From Candidatus Nomurabacteria bacterium (GTDB lineage Bacteria; Patescibacteriota; Patescibacteriia; UBA1558; GWA2-36-10), in assembly GCA_020632415.1 (NCBI GenBank), contig JACKFO010000002.1, positions 386,732 to 450,731 on the forward strand: a DNA stretch of 64,000 nucleotides. The letters run 5' to 3'. This document shows, piece after piece, positions 54,538-63,753 of the stretch. The notes beneath the pieces are model-generated. The model searched no databases. It had not been told where the DNA came from and saw only the letters and a list, made by a program, of their open reading frames with translations. The translations under genes were made by a program, and so were the position numbers. Each line of letters opens with the position of its first letter. The first letter of the stretch is position 1.

Positions 54538-54540
54538 ATC

Positions 54541-54613
54541 GCGAGTGTAGCTCAGCTGGTAGAGCGCTAGACCCCGGATCTGGAGGTCGCCGGTTCGAGT
54601 CCGGCCACTCGCT
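54541..54613 (+). tRNA. tRNA-Arg (anticodon CCG), with C at position 33
   Basis: Acceptor GCGAGTG/CACTCGC, anticodon stem CTAGA/TCTGG with loop CCCCGGA (CCG, G37), T-arm GCCGG-TTCGAGT-CCGGC. Confidence 0.65.
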
Positions 54614-54614
54614 T

Positions 54615-54647
54615 CAGCGCTGTTCTTGAGAATGGCGCTGTTTTTTT
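54615..54647 (+). terminator. Intrinsic terminator after the tRNA cluster
   Basis: CAGCGC-tgttcttgagaatg-GCGCTG followed by T7. Confidence 0.6.
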
Positions 54648-54648
54648 A

Positions 54649-54677
54649 TTGACAAAAATCAAAAAATCGGTTTAAAT
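54649..54677 (+). promoter_or_regulatory. Sigma70-type promoter (TTGACA-17-TTAAAT) driving a short transcript with strong SD and a TGA-interrupted small ORF
   Basis: TTGACA 54649-54654, 17-nt spacer, TTAAAT 54672-54677; AAGGAG SD at 54712-54717; ATG at 54720. Confidence 0.45.
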
Positions 54678-54719
54678 ATAAATAATTCGAACTTTCCAAC
54701 CATTTTAAACTAAGGAGAA

Positions 54720-54899
54720 ATGCTCATGCATCATCAAAAACCAACATGAAGAGCAGAAGTCAATCGTTTAGAACAACGCAACCGCGAGCTACAAGAGGAG
54801 CTCAAAAATTGCCATGATCCAAATGATCGATGGGTTTTACTAAGTTGCCTTCAAAACAACTTACGACTAATTAGTTCCTACTATCTAGGTCATAACTAA
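54720..54899 (+). pseudogene. Small ORF (59 codons) interrupted by an in-frame TGA at codon 10; possible nonsense pseudogene, recoding site, or 9-aa leader peptide
   Basis: ATG CTC ATG CAT CAT CAA AAA CCA ACA TGA followed by 49 open codons encoding a coiled-coil-like RAEVNRLEQRNRELQEELKN...; near-consensus SD; a terminator-like GCGCC...GGCGC plus T-run lies downstream at about 54911-54950. Confidence 0.3.
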
Positions 54900-54979
54900 A
54901 CCCTATCTCGGCGCCAATATAAGTACTACTTTGCGGCGCTTTTCTTTTTGTCAAAAATCTTCCCCAAAAAAACTCCTTG

Positions 54980-54988
54980 TGTTATAAT
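54980..54988 (+). promoter_or_regulatory. Extended -10 promoter TGTTATAAT for the 55018 gene
   Basis: TGTTATAAT at 54980-54988, 29 nt upstream of the ATG. Confidence 0.45.
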
Positions 54989-55017
54989 ACAGGTGGTTAA
55001 TAAAAATAAAAAAAATT

Positions 55018-55323
55018 ATGTTTGAAACTTCCAAAGATATTTTAAATTTGTTATTAGGCGTCTCTGTTTTTATGCTCGCTCTATGGCTTTCTTGGATTTT
55101 TTACCAAATCGGTAAAACTTTGCAAAGCGTCAACAAAATGATGTCCGGTTTCAACAAGGCCGCTGATGCTTTTACTGAGCTGATCAATAAAATCAAAGAA
55201 AAAACCAATTCCGCTGGAGCCTACCTTAGCGTTTTACTAAAAGGCGGTCAACAAATCATGGAAATGATCAAAAACAAAAAAGCTACAAAAAACAGTCGTA
55301 AAAAAACTGATTCTAAAAAATAA
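55018..55323 (+). CDS. Small membrane protein with basic C-terminal tail (hypothetical)
   Basis: 101 aa; one TM helix (LLLGVSVFMLALWLSWIFY); K/S-rich C-terminus. Confidence 0.45.
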   Translation: MFETSKDILNLLLGVSVFMLALWLSWIFYQIGKTLQSVNKMMSGFNKAADAFTELINKIKEKTNSAGAYLSVLLKGGQQIMEMIKNKKATKNSRKKTDSKK

Positions 55324-55385
55324 AAATAAAAACCCCTCTAAATAAACGCCTTACACAAAATTGGGGTTTTTGATTTGCAAAAAAA

Positions 55386-58300
55386 ATGTTTGTCCACTTA
55401 CACACTCACTCTCATTATAGTTTACTTGACGGGTTAGCAACGATTGACCACTTGGTTAATGCCGCTAAAGACAAGGGCATGAGTGCCTTGGCCTTGACTG
55501 ACCACGGCGTGATGTCTGGTGCTATTGAATTTTACCAAAAAGCAAAAAAGGCTGGGATCAAACCAATTATTGGTGTTGAGGCATATCTCGCTCCCGATGA
55601 GTTAGCGAACAAAAATCCTAAAGAAAAACCTTATCATTTGATTTTACTTGCTGAAAACAACGAAGGTTATAAAAATTTATTAAAACTTACTTCCATTGCT
55701 CATTTGGAAGGATTTTATTATAAACCAAGAATTGACTGGGAAACTTTAAAAAAATACAGTCAAGGAATTATTGCTTCGACTGCTTGTCTTAATGGTCCTC
55801 TGGCTCGTCACCTTAAAGCTGGTCAACATTTACAGGCTGAAAAAAACTTAGAAAAACTTTTGGAGATATTTGGAAAAGACAATCTGTTTTTGGAGATGCA
55901 GTATCTTAATAATCCCGATCAACAATTAGTTAACATTGAGCTAAAAAAATTAGCAGCCAAACACGACTTGAAACTCATCGCCACCAATGACATTCATTAT
56001 ATTAATTCTGACGATGATCAAGCTCAAGATATCTTGCTTTGCATTCAGACCAAACACAAACAATCCGACACTGATCGAATGAGCTATCTTGGTGAAAATT
56101 TTTCCATGCTGAGTGAAAACGAAATGCAGGAATTATTTCCCGAAGATAAAAAAGCTTTAGAGAATACCCAAATCATCGCTGATCGTTGTAATGTCGAAAT
56201 TGAGCTAGGCGTAATCCAACTGCCTCATTATGAATTACCAGAGAACATCAGCGCTGATCAACAACTAAAAAATATTTGCCTGGAAGGCGTCAAAAAAAGA
56301 TTTGGTTTTGCCGCTGACGAAATTCCTCCGGAAATCAAAGAGCGTTTGGATTATGAACTAGAAGTCATAGAAAAAACTGGTTATGCTGCTTATTTTTTGA
56401 TTGTTCAAGATTTTGTTAATTGGTCTAAAAATCAAAAGATTATCGTTGGCCCAGGACGTGGCTCTGCTGCCGGCTCTCTAGTTGCCTATCTGACTAATAT
56501 TACAAATATTGATCCACTAAAATATGAACTGTTGTTTGAGCGTTTCTTGAATCCTGAAAGAGTTTCCATGCCCGATATTGATCTTGATTTTGCTGATGCT
56601 CGACGTGATGAAGTTTTGCGTTATGTTGAAAGTAGATATGGTCATGATCACGTTTCGCAAATTATTACTTTTGGAACCATGGCTGCTCGCGCCGCGGTCC
56701 GTGATGTTGGACGCGTCTTAAATTTTAGCTACGGTTATTGTGATCAAATAGCTAAAATGATCCCGATGTTTACGACCCTAGGCGAAGCTTTGGAAACTGT
56801 AGCAGAATTAAAAAAACTATACGAAGACGATCCTGAGGCTCAACGTTTGTTAGAAATGTCCAAAAAAGTTGAAGGCTTGGCTCGTCATAGCTCAGTTCAT
56901 GCTTGCGGAGTTTTGATCACCAAAAATCCTTTAACTGACCACGTGCCTTTGCAATACGCTGCTGGCGATGACAAAACTATCATCTCTCAATACTCTCTTC
57001 ATCCAGTAGAAGATTTGGGTTTGTTAAAAATGGACTTTTTGGGATTAAAAAACTTGACTGTTCTAGAACAAACTTTGAAAATTATCGAAAAAACAAAAAA
57101 TATCAAACTTGATCTAGAAAATTTCCCCCTAGATGACGAAAAAACTTTTAAACTTCTACAAAAAGGCGAAACAACTGGCGTCTTCCAGCTAGAATCTGGC
57201 GGCATGAAACGCTACTTAAAAAACCTCAAGCCAACTGACTTGGAAGATATTATCGCCATGGTCGCTTTGTATCGTCCTGGTCCGATGGAATTTATTCCTG
57301 ATTTTATTGCTTCTAAACATGGTGAAAAAAAAGTAGAATACCTCCACCCTAGCTTAGAGCCAATTCTTAAAAATACTTATGGCATTGCTATCTACCAAGA
57401 GCAAATTATGAATATTGCCCGCGAACTTGCTGGCTTTAGCTATGGCCAAGCTGATGTTTTAAGAAAAGCGGTTGGTAAAAAAATCAAAGAACTTTTAGAT
57501 CAGCAAGAAGAAGCAATTATCAAAGGAATGATTGCTAATGGCATTGAAAAAAATACTGCCAAAAAAATCTGGGAATTTATTATTCCTTTTGCGCGTTATG
57601 GGTTTAACCGTGCTCACGCGGCTTGCTATGCAGCCATTGCTTATCAAACCGCTTATTTAAAAGCAAATTTTCCCGCTGCTTTTATGGCTGCCCTTTTGAC
57701 TGCTGATCAAAATAATATCGATCGAGTAACAATCGAAATCAACGAATGTCGTAAAATGGGCATCGCCGTTTTACAACCAGATATTAATCAAAGTTTTTCA
57801 ACTTTTGCGGTCATCAATGACGGCCAAGATAATAAAATTACTTTTGGACTTAACGCTATTAAAAATGTTGGTCATCATATTTCTGAAATTATTGTTGAAG
57901 AAAGAAAAGCTAACGGGGAATTTAAATCTTTGGAAGATTTCTTAAATCGAATCAAAGACAAAGATTTGAATCGTAAATCTTTAGAAAGTTTAATCAAGTG
58001 CGGCGCTTTTGATAAATTCTTAAGCCGCGGACAAGCCTTGGGCAATTTAGAAAAAATGCTTGAGTTTAATAAAAAAATTCAAAATGAAGCCAAAAGTGGT
58101 CAAAGCAATCTATTTGCTGATCTGCCACTGGCTAGCACTGTTTTTTCTCTAAAACTTGATCATTATCCAGAAATTTCCAGCAAACAAACTTTGTCTTGGG
58201 AAAAAGAACTTTTGGGCCTTTACTTAAGCGACCATCCTTTTAAAGAATATCTTTACTTACTAAAAAATAGCATTACCAAACTAAAAGACATCAAAAGACA

Positions 58301-58817
58301 TGCCGAGCAAACTGTCAAAGTTTCTGGCATTATCACCAATATTCAAAAAATTATCACCCAAAAAGGCAAGGCCATGCTTTTTGTGACTATTGAAGACTCA
58401 ACAAACAGCGTTGAAGTTTTGGTTTTTCCAAAAACACTAGAAAGCACTCTTCATGTTTGGCAAGATGAAAATTTGGTGACAATCACTGGAAAGATATCAG
58501 ACAAAGATGGGCAAGCAAAAATTTTGGTAGAAAATGCCAATATTTTAAGTGAAGAAACAATCAAAGAACTAAATAAAAAACATTTGTCTCAACACCAACT
58601 TTGGCTTGACTTGCCAGCTGGATTTGATAAAGATAAAATGCAAGAGTTTAAAAAAATATTCGATAACTTTCCAGGAGAGACTCCAGTTTACTTAAAAATC
58701 AACAATGGAAAAATTCGTAAAATAAAAACCGACATCAAAGTACTTCCCGATGAAAAACTCAAAACAGAAGTTACTGAATTTTTAGAAAATCCCAATGCTT
58801 GGACACTATTAGAGTAA
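55386..58817 (+). CDS. dnaE: DNA polymerase III subunit alpha
   Basis: N-terminal PHP domain HLHTHSHYSLLDG, polymerase core, C-terminal OB fold; 1143 aa. Confidence 0.95.
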   Translation: MFVHLHTHSHYSLLDGLATIDHLVNAAKDKGMSALALTDHGVMSGAIEFYQKAKKAGIKPIIGVEAYLAPDELANKNPKEKPYHLILLAENNEGYKNLLKLTSIAHLEGFYYKPRIDWETLKKYSQGIIASTACLNGPLARHLKAGQHLQAEKNLEKLLEIFGKDNLFLEMQYLNNPDQQLVNIELKKLAAKHDLKLIATNDIHYINSDDDQAQDILLCIQTKHKQSDTDRMSYLGENFSMLSENEMQELFPEDKKALENTQIIADRCNVEIELGVIQLPHYELPENISADQQLKNICLEGVKKRFGFAADEIPPEIKERLDYELEVIEKTGYAAYFLIVQDFVNWSKNQKIIVGPGRGSAAGSLVAYLTNITNIDPLKYELLFERFLNPERVSMPDIDLDFADARRDEVLRYVESRYGHDHVSQIITFGTMAARAAVRDVGRVLNFSYGYCDQIAKMIPMFTTLGEALETVAELKKLYEDDPEAQRLLEMSKKVEGLARHSSVHACGVLITKNPLTDHVPLQYAAGDDKTIISQYSLHPVEDLGLLKMDFLGLKNLTVLEQTLKIIEKTKNIKLDLENFPLDDEKTFKLLQKGETTGVFQLESGGMKRYLKNLKPTDLEDIIAMVALYRPGPMEFIPDFIASKHGEKKVEYLHPSLEPILKNTYGIAIYQEQIMNIARELAGFSYGQADVLRKAVGKKIKELLDQQEEAIIKGMIANGIEKNTAKKIWEFIIPFARYGFNRAHAACYAAIAYQTAYLKANFPAAFMAALLTADQNNIDRVTIEINECRKMGIAVLQPDINQSFSTFAVINDGQDNKITFGLNAIKNVGHHISEIIVEERKANGEFKSLEDFLNRIKDKDLNRKSLESLIKCGAFDKFLSRGQALGNLEKMLEFNKKIQNEAKSGQSNLFADLPLASTVFSLKLDHYPEISSKQTLSWEKELLGLYLSDHPFKEYLYLLKNSITKLKDIKRHAEQTVKVSGIITNIQKIITQKGKAMLFVTIEDSTNSVEVLVFPKTLESTLHVWQDENLVTITGKISDKDGQAKILVENANILSEETIKELNKKHLSQHQLWLDLPAGFDKDKMQEFKKIFDNFPGETPVYLKINNGKIRKIKTDIKVLPDEKLKTEVTEFLENPNAWTLLE

Positions 58818-58856
58818 TTAGCTATAATATATAATAATATTAGATAAAAAGATAAA

Positions 58857-59978
58857 ATGACCTCAAAATACAAAACCAAACAAAATGTTTATGGAAAAAT
58901 CGTTGCTTTTTTTCTAATCTTAGTAATTGCTGCTATTTTTATTATTTTCCACTTTGCGCTAGCTAAAGTAACGATCAAAATTTACAGCCAAGTCAAAAAC
59001 CTAGAATACAGCTCCTTGGTTGAACTGTGGCCAGAAAATAGCCTAGAAGTTTCGGCTGACAAAATCTTGGGCAAAGTAATTCACCAAGAATTTGAACTCA
59101 GCGTTTCTGTTCCTAGTCAAGCTACCGCACAAACCAGCGAAAAAGCCGGTGGTTATGTCACGATCATTAATAATTATTCCAAAGACCAAGCTTTAGTTGC
59201 TACCACTCGCCTTCTCACTCCGGACAATAAACTTTATCGTTTACAAAAAAAGGTTATTGTCCCAGCTGGACAAAGTATTGAAGCTTGGGCTGAGGCTGAC
59301 AAGGCTGGCGCAGAATACGAAATTTCTGAAAGCAAAATGATTATTCCTGGTTTATGGGAAGGTCTACAAGATAAAATCTATGCCGAAACCAAAGGCATGT
59401 CTCTCAGTGGTCAACCTGTTTATCAAGTCAGCGAAGAAAGTTTAGCGCAAGCTGAAGAAAAAATAAAAGCAGATTCTAGCAAACAAGCTCTAGACCTGAT
59501 CAATTTACAATTACCACAAAAATTACAAATCAAAGAAAATCGTTTATTCTTAGAGTATCAAACTATTGAGTCTTCAAAACTTGGAGAGCAAACTAATGAA
59601 ACTACGCTAACTCAAAAAATAAAAGTATCTGCTTTAGTTTTTGACGAAGAAACATTGCTAGAAATTGCCAAAAATAAATTCATCGAAAATTTATCGAGCA
59701 CCAGCAAACTAGTTGAATTCTTACCTGAAACTTTTAGCTATCAAATTATAGAAATTTATCCAGAAAAAGAACAAGCTGTCATCGAAACTAAGCTCTCTGC
59801 CAAAGTCAGCTCCAAACAACATTTATTAGAAATCAACAAAGAAGAATTGATCGGTAAAACAGCCGATGAAATCAATCAATATTTAAACCAATTCACCATT
59901 GATCAAGCTGAAATTGAATTTTTCCCATTTTGGGTCAACAAAGTACCGAAATTCCAAGATCACATTATTATTGAATAA
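58857..59978 (+). CDS. Membrane-anchored hypothetical protein
   Basis: 373 aa; N-terminal TM helix (IVAFFLILVIAAIFIIF); large extracytoplasmic domain with no recognisable motif. Confidence 0.4.
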   Translation: MTSKYKTKQNVYGKIVAFFLILVIAAIFIIFHFALAKVTIKIYSQVKNLEYSSLVELWPENSLEVSADKILGKVIHQEFELSVSVPSQATAQTSEKAGGYVTIINNYSKDQALVATTRLLTPDNKLYRLQKKVIVPAGQSIEAWAEADKAGAEYEISESKMIIPGLWEGLQDKIYAETKGMSLSGQPVYQVSEESLAQAEEKIKADSSKQALDLINLQLPQKLQIKENRLFLEYQTIESSKLGEQTNETTLTQKIKVSALVFDEETLLEIAKNKFIENLSSTSKLVEFLPETFSYQIIEIYPEKEQAVIETKLSAKVSSKQHLLEINKEELIGKTADEINQYLNQFTIDQAEIEFFPFWVNKVPKFQDHIIIE

Positions 59979-60047
59979 GTATTGACAAATTAGTAAATAT
60001 ATTGTATTTTAAGATATTCACAGCACCTCTCAGGAAAGGGACCAATA

Positions 60048-60296
60048 ATGAATGAGCAAAAAACCTCCTCTCCCGCGCCCAAGCCGGAAACTCCGAAGAC
60101 CCCTGGAACTAAGGTCGACTTGGAACCCATCCGTCGTCTCTTGGACGAAACCCAAAGGTCCGTCGACAACAACAAGGGTCTCCAGGACGTCCGCCGCCGA
60201 CTTGGATGACCGCACATCGCCCATTCCACCGCAGGACCCAGTAAACCAACGACATTCCACGTCGTTATGCTTTACCGGGTTCTTTTATTTTTGACT
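60048..60296 (+). other. GC-rich (about 55%) 250-nt island upstream of the thrS leader; possible small protein (53-aa MNEQKTSSPAPKPETPKTPGTK...) or ncRNA
   Basis: Sharp local GC rise; three overlapping ORFs (60052..60294 +, 59990..60229 -, 60030..60260 -); an SD-like AGGAAAGGGA precedes the ATG at 60048; candidate -35/-10 at 59983-60020. Confidence 0.25.
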
Positions 60297-60487
60297 AATT
60301 TTTCGCTTGGCGCTATACTGATTAGGCTAGATAAATGATTGGAATAGCTACCAACTATTCTACCTGCTTAAGTCAGGCATCTAATCAGACTAAATTTATC
60401 AGTCAATTCAATAAATTAAGTAAAACATTTGGGTGGAACCGTCTACAAATTGTGGACCCCAAGGCTAATTAGTCTTGGTTTTTTTAA
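60291..60487 (+). promoter_or_regulatory. thrS promoter (TTGACT-17-TATACT) and T-box riboswitch leader (antiterminator/terminator)
   Basis: TTGACT 60291-60296 and TATACT 60314-60319. Stem I candidate GATTAG...CTAATC (60320-60387) containing ACC-A and ACU-A Thr codons. T-box sequence TTGGGTGGAACCG (60429-60441) forming an antiterminator: helix A1 TTGGG/CCCAA, 7-nt bulge UGGAACC, helix A2 GTCTA/TGGAC. Overlapping terminator CCAAGGC...GTCTTGG (60459-60478) plus T9. Confidence 0.65.
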
Positions 60488-60501
60488 ACCTCAAAAAATA
60501 T

Positions 60502-62253
60502 ATGGAAGAAGAAAAAATATTTAAAGTCCGCCACTCGCTAGCTCACATTTTAGCAATGGCGATCTTAAGAAAATTTCCTGACGCCAAACTTGGTGTCGGA
60601 CCAGTGATAGAAAATGGATTCTATTATGATTTTTTATTGCCAGAAAAAATTTCTGACGCTGACTTAGCTGGTTTAGAAAAAGAAATGAAAAAAATCGTTA
60701 AAGAAAAAATAGAATTTAAAAAATCAATTGCCTCTCGCACCGATGCCTTAGAAGAAGTCAAAAAAACAGAACAAAATTTTAAAACTGAATTAATCAACGA
60801 TTTACCGGAAAATGAAGAATTAAGTTTTTATCAATCCGGAGAATTCAAAGATTTGTGTCGCGGACCACATGTAAGTGATAGCTCTGAAATAAATAGCGAA
60901 GCTTTTTGCTTAACTCATCTAGCTGGCGCTTATTGGCGTGGAGATGAAAAAAGAGAAACCTTAACTCGTGTTTATGGTTTGGCTTTTGAAAGTAAAGAAG
61001 AATTAGAAGCTCACTTAAAAATGCTTGAAGAAGCAAAGAAAAGAGATCACCGGGTTTTGGGCAAACAACTTGATTTGTTTACTTTCTCTGAGCTTGTTGG
61101 TCCAGGACTTCCACTCTGGACTCCCAAAGGAACTTTGATCCGTCAAGAATTAGATGCTTTTATTTGGCAATTACGCTCACAGTATGACTATCAAAAAGTA
61201 ACCATCCCCCACATTACCAAAAAAGATCTTTATGAAGTCAGTGGACATTGGCAAAAATTTTCTGAAGAATTATTCAAAATCAACACTCGTGAAGGACATG
61301 AATTTGCGATGAAGCCAATGAACTGTCCACATCATACGCAAATTTATAATCACTTACCACGTAGCTACCGTGACTTACCACAACGCTATGCAGAGACCAC
61401 GATGGTTTATCGCGATGAACAAAGCGGCGAGTTATCCGGCCTCTCTCGTGTACGTTGTATTACTCAAGATGACGCCCATGTTTTTTGTCGAGAAATACAA
61501 GTCAAAGAAGAGGTATTAAAAATCGTCAAAATCATCCAAACTTTTTACCAAGCATTTGGTTTTGAATTAAAAATACGTTTATCTCTTCATGATCCGGCTC
61601 AAATGGAAAAATATTTGGGCGATGAAGAAACTTGGAAAAAAACTGAAAACGATTTAAGAGAATTATTAAACTCCGCTAAATTAGAATTTTCGGAAGGTTT
61701 GGGTGAAGCCGCGATGTATGGACCAAAAATAGATTTTATGGCTCAAGATTCTATCGGCCGCGGCTGGCAAGTCGCTACAATTCAGCTGGATCGTAATTTA
61801 CCGGAAAGATTCGACTTATTCTGCAATAACGAACAAGGAGAACAAGAAAGAATTGTCATGATCCACGCAGCGATTGCTGGCTCTTTGGAAAGATTCACTT
61901 CTGTGCTAATCGAACATTTGGCTGGCGATTTTCCACTCTGGCTTAGCCCCGTCCAAATCAAAATCCTAACAGTTAGTGAAAATCATGTTGAATTTTCTCA
62001 AAATTTAGCTCAAGAATTTAAACTTGCCGGTTTAAGAGTAGAAATTGATGATTCAAATGAAACTTTGGGCAATAAAATTCGCAAAAATTCTGCCGAAAAA
62101 ATTCCTTACACCTTAGTTATTGGCGATCGAGAAATAAACTCTCAAGAATTAGCCGTCAGAGTTCGCGGTCAAAAAGATCTGCTAAACATCGACAAAGAAA
62201 AATTCATTCAAAGCAGCTTGGAAAAAATAAAAAATAGAGATTTAAATTTATAA
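60502..62253 (+). CDS. thrS: Threonine--tRNA ligase (short form lacking the N-terminal TGS domain)
   Basis: Begins in the editing domain (RHSLAHILAMAI, HxxxH); class II motifs; likely ATG at 60502 (MEEEKIFK...). The track's TTG start at 60475 lies inside the terminator hairpin. Confidence 0.9.
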   Translation: MEEEKIFKVRHSLAHILAMAILRKFPDAKLGVGPVIENGFYYDFLLPEKISDADLAGLEKEMKKIVKEKIEFKKSIASRTDALEEVKKTEQNFKTELINDLPENEELSFYQSGEFKDLCRGPHVSDSSEINSEAFCLTHLAGAYWRGDEKRETLTRVYGLAFESKEELEAHLKMLEEAKKRDHRVLGKQLDLFTFSELVGPGLPLWTPKGTLIRQELDAFIWQLRSQYDYQKVTIPHITKKDLYEVSGHWQKFSEELFKINTREGHEFAMKPMNCPHHTQIYNHLPRSYRDLPQRYAETTMVYRDEQSGELSGLSRVRCITQDDAHVFCREIQVKEEVLKIVKIIQTFYQAFGFELKIRLSLHDPAQMEKYLGDEETWKKTENDLRELLNSAKLEFSEGLGEAAMYGPKIDFMAQDSIGRGWQVATIQLDRNLPERFDLFCNNEQGEQERIVMIHAAIAGSLERFTSVLIEHLAGDFPLWLSPVQIKILTVSENHVEFSQNLAQEFKLAGLRVEIDDSNETLGNKIRKNSAEKIPYTLVIGDREINSQELAVRVRGQKDLLNIDKEKFIQSSLEKIKNRDLNL

Positions 62254-62265
62254 ATTTTAAAAAAT

Positions 62266-63684
62266 ATGGAAATCAAAACAGCTTTAACTTATGATGACGT
62301 TCTTTTGGTGCCTCAAAAATCCGAACTTAAATCTCGTAAAGAAACTGATGTTTCCACACAACTAAGCAAAAATATCAGACTCAATACTCCTCTGTTACCC
62401 GCAAACATGGACACCGTGACTGAAAGCCAAATGGCCATTGTCATGGCTTACTTAGGCAGCATCGGCATTATTCATCGTTTTTGTGATATTGACTATCAAG
62501 TACGGGAAGTAAAAAAAGTCAAACGCAAACAAAATGTGGTAATTGACGAACCATTCACCATCTCTCCTCAAAGCACTCTCAAAGAACTAAGGGAAAAAAT
62601 CATTGAACACAATTGCCAAAGTTTTTTAGTATCTAGTGATGGCCAAAATTTAGAAGGCATTATTACTAGTCGGGATATTGATTTTGTCAAAGATGAAAAT
62701 ACCAAAGTTTCTGAAATGATGACTACCAAAGAAAAATTAATCACCGCGCCAGTAGGAATAGACATTGAAAAAGCAAAAAAGATTTTAAGTGATAATAAAG
62801 TCGAAAAATTACCAATTGTTGACGGAGCTTTTCGAATCAAGGGCTTAATTACTGCCACCGATATTATCCGCAACTATAACAATGGTCATGCCAGTAAAGA
62901 CGCTAAAGGAAGATTACTTGTTGGCGCAGCAGTTGGCGCTGGCGATGACTATATGGAACGCGTCAAAGCTTTGGTTGAAGCCGAAGTTGATGTCTTGGTG
63001 GTTGACATTGCTCACGGACACTCGGTCAATGCTATTCAAGCAATTAAAAAAATCAAAGAGGCCTATCCTTCTGTCGATGTTATTGGCGGAAACGTTGCCA
63101 CTGCCCAAGGCGCAGAAGACTTGATTAAAGCCGGTGCCGACGCGATCAAAGTCGGCATTGGACCAGGATCAATTTGTACCACACGAATCACCACTGGCTT
63201 TGGCGTACCGCAATTGACCGCTATTTTAAACATTGCTCCAGTTTGTCATAAATACAAAATTCCTTTGATCGCTGACGGTGGAATCAAACAACCAGGAGAC
63301 ATGGTCAAGGCTTTGGCTGCTGGTGCTGATTCAGTAATGATGGGCGGCCAATTTTCTGGCACCGAAGAAACTCCGGGTCCAGTTTTATCTTACAAAGGAC
63401 AACAATACAAAATTTCTCGTGGCATGGCCTCGCTAACTGCTGCTCTTTCTCGTCCTAATGCCAAAGAAAAAATGGATCAAGTTACTCCAGAGGGAGTCGA
63501 AGCTCGAGTGCCTTTTCGAGGACCAGCCAAAAATGTGATCAATCTTTACATTGGTGGCCTGCGCTCAGGCATGAGCTATGCTAACGCTCGCAATATCCAG
63601 GAATTACAAAAAAACGCTACTTTTGTTCGGATCACCAACGCCGGACTCACTGAATCACACTCTCACGACAATCAAGTGTTATAA
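62266..63684 (+). CDS. guaB: Inosine-5'-monophosphate dehydrogenase
   Basis: TIM-barrel with inserted CBS pair; catalytic loop [11 protein letters not shown]; 472 aa. Confidence 0.95.
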   Translation: MEIKTALTYDDVLLVPQKSELKSRKETDVSTQLSKNIRLNTPLLPANMDTVTESQMAIVMAYLGSIGIIHRFCDIDYQVREVKKVKRKQNVVIDEPFTISPQSTLKELREKIIEHNCQSFLVSSDGQNLEGIITSRDIDFVKDENTKVSEMMTTKEKLITAPVGIDIEKAKKILSDNKVEKLPIVDGAFRIKGLITATDIIRNYNNGHASKDAKGRLLVGAAVGAGDDYMERVKALVEAEVDVLVVDIAHGHSVNAIQAIKKIKEAYPSVDVIGGNVATAQGAEDLIKAGADAIKVGIGPGSICTTRITTGFGVPQLTAILNIAPVCHKYKIPLIADGGIKQPGDMVKALAAGADSVMMGGQFSGTEETPGPVLSYKGQQYKISRGMASLTAALSRPNAKEKMDQVTPEGVEARVPFRGPAKNVINLYIGGLRSGMSYANARNIQELQKNATFVRITNAGLTESHSHDNQVL

Positions 63685-63696
63685 ACAAAAAACTTG

Positions 63697-63730
63697 TGTT
63701 ATAATAAAACTAAGTAAAAAATACTTAGTT
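63697..63730 (+). promoter_or_regulatory. Extended -10 promoter TGTTATAAT followed immediately by a 9-bp hairpin plus U-rich tract, upstream of the 63754 gene
   Basis: TGTTATAAT 63697-63705; AACTAAGTA-AAAAA-TACTTAGTT 63708-63730, then TTTATT; the same promoter-then-hairpin layout as the duplicated leaders at 23306 and 25951. Confidence 0.4.
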
Positions 63731-63753
63731 TTATTAATTTATTCAAAAAATAT

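Noticed and set aside
54402-54629. 75-aa plus-strand ORF in the track
   Set aside because: It is a read-through of the three tandem tRNA genes (Val, Phe, Arg); TTG start, no SD; spurious.
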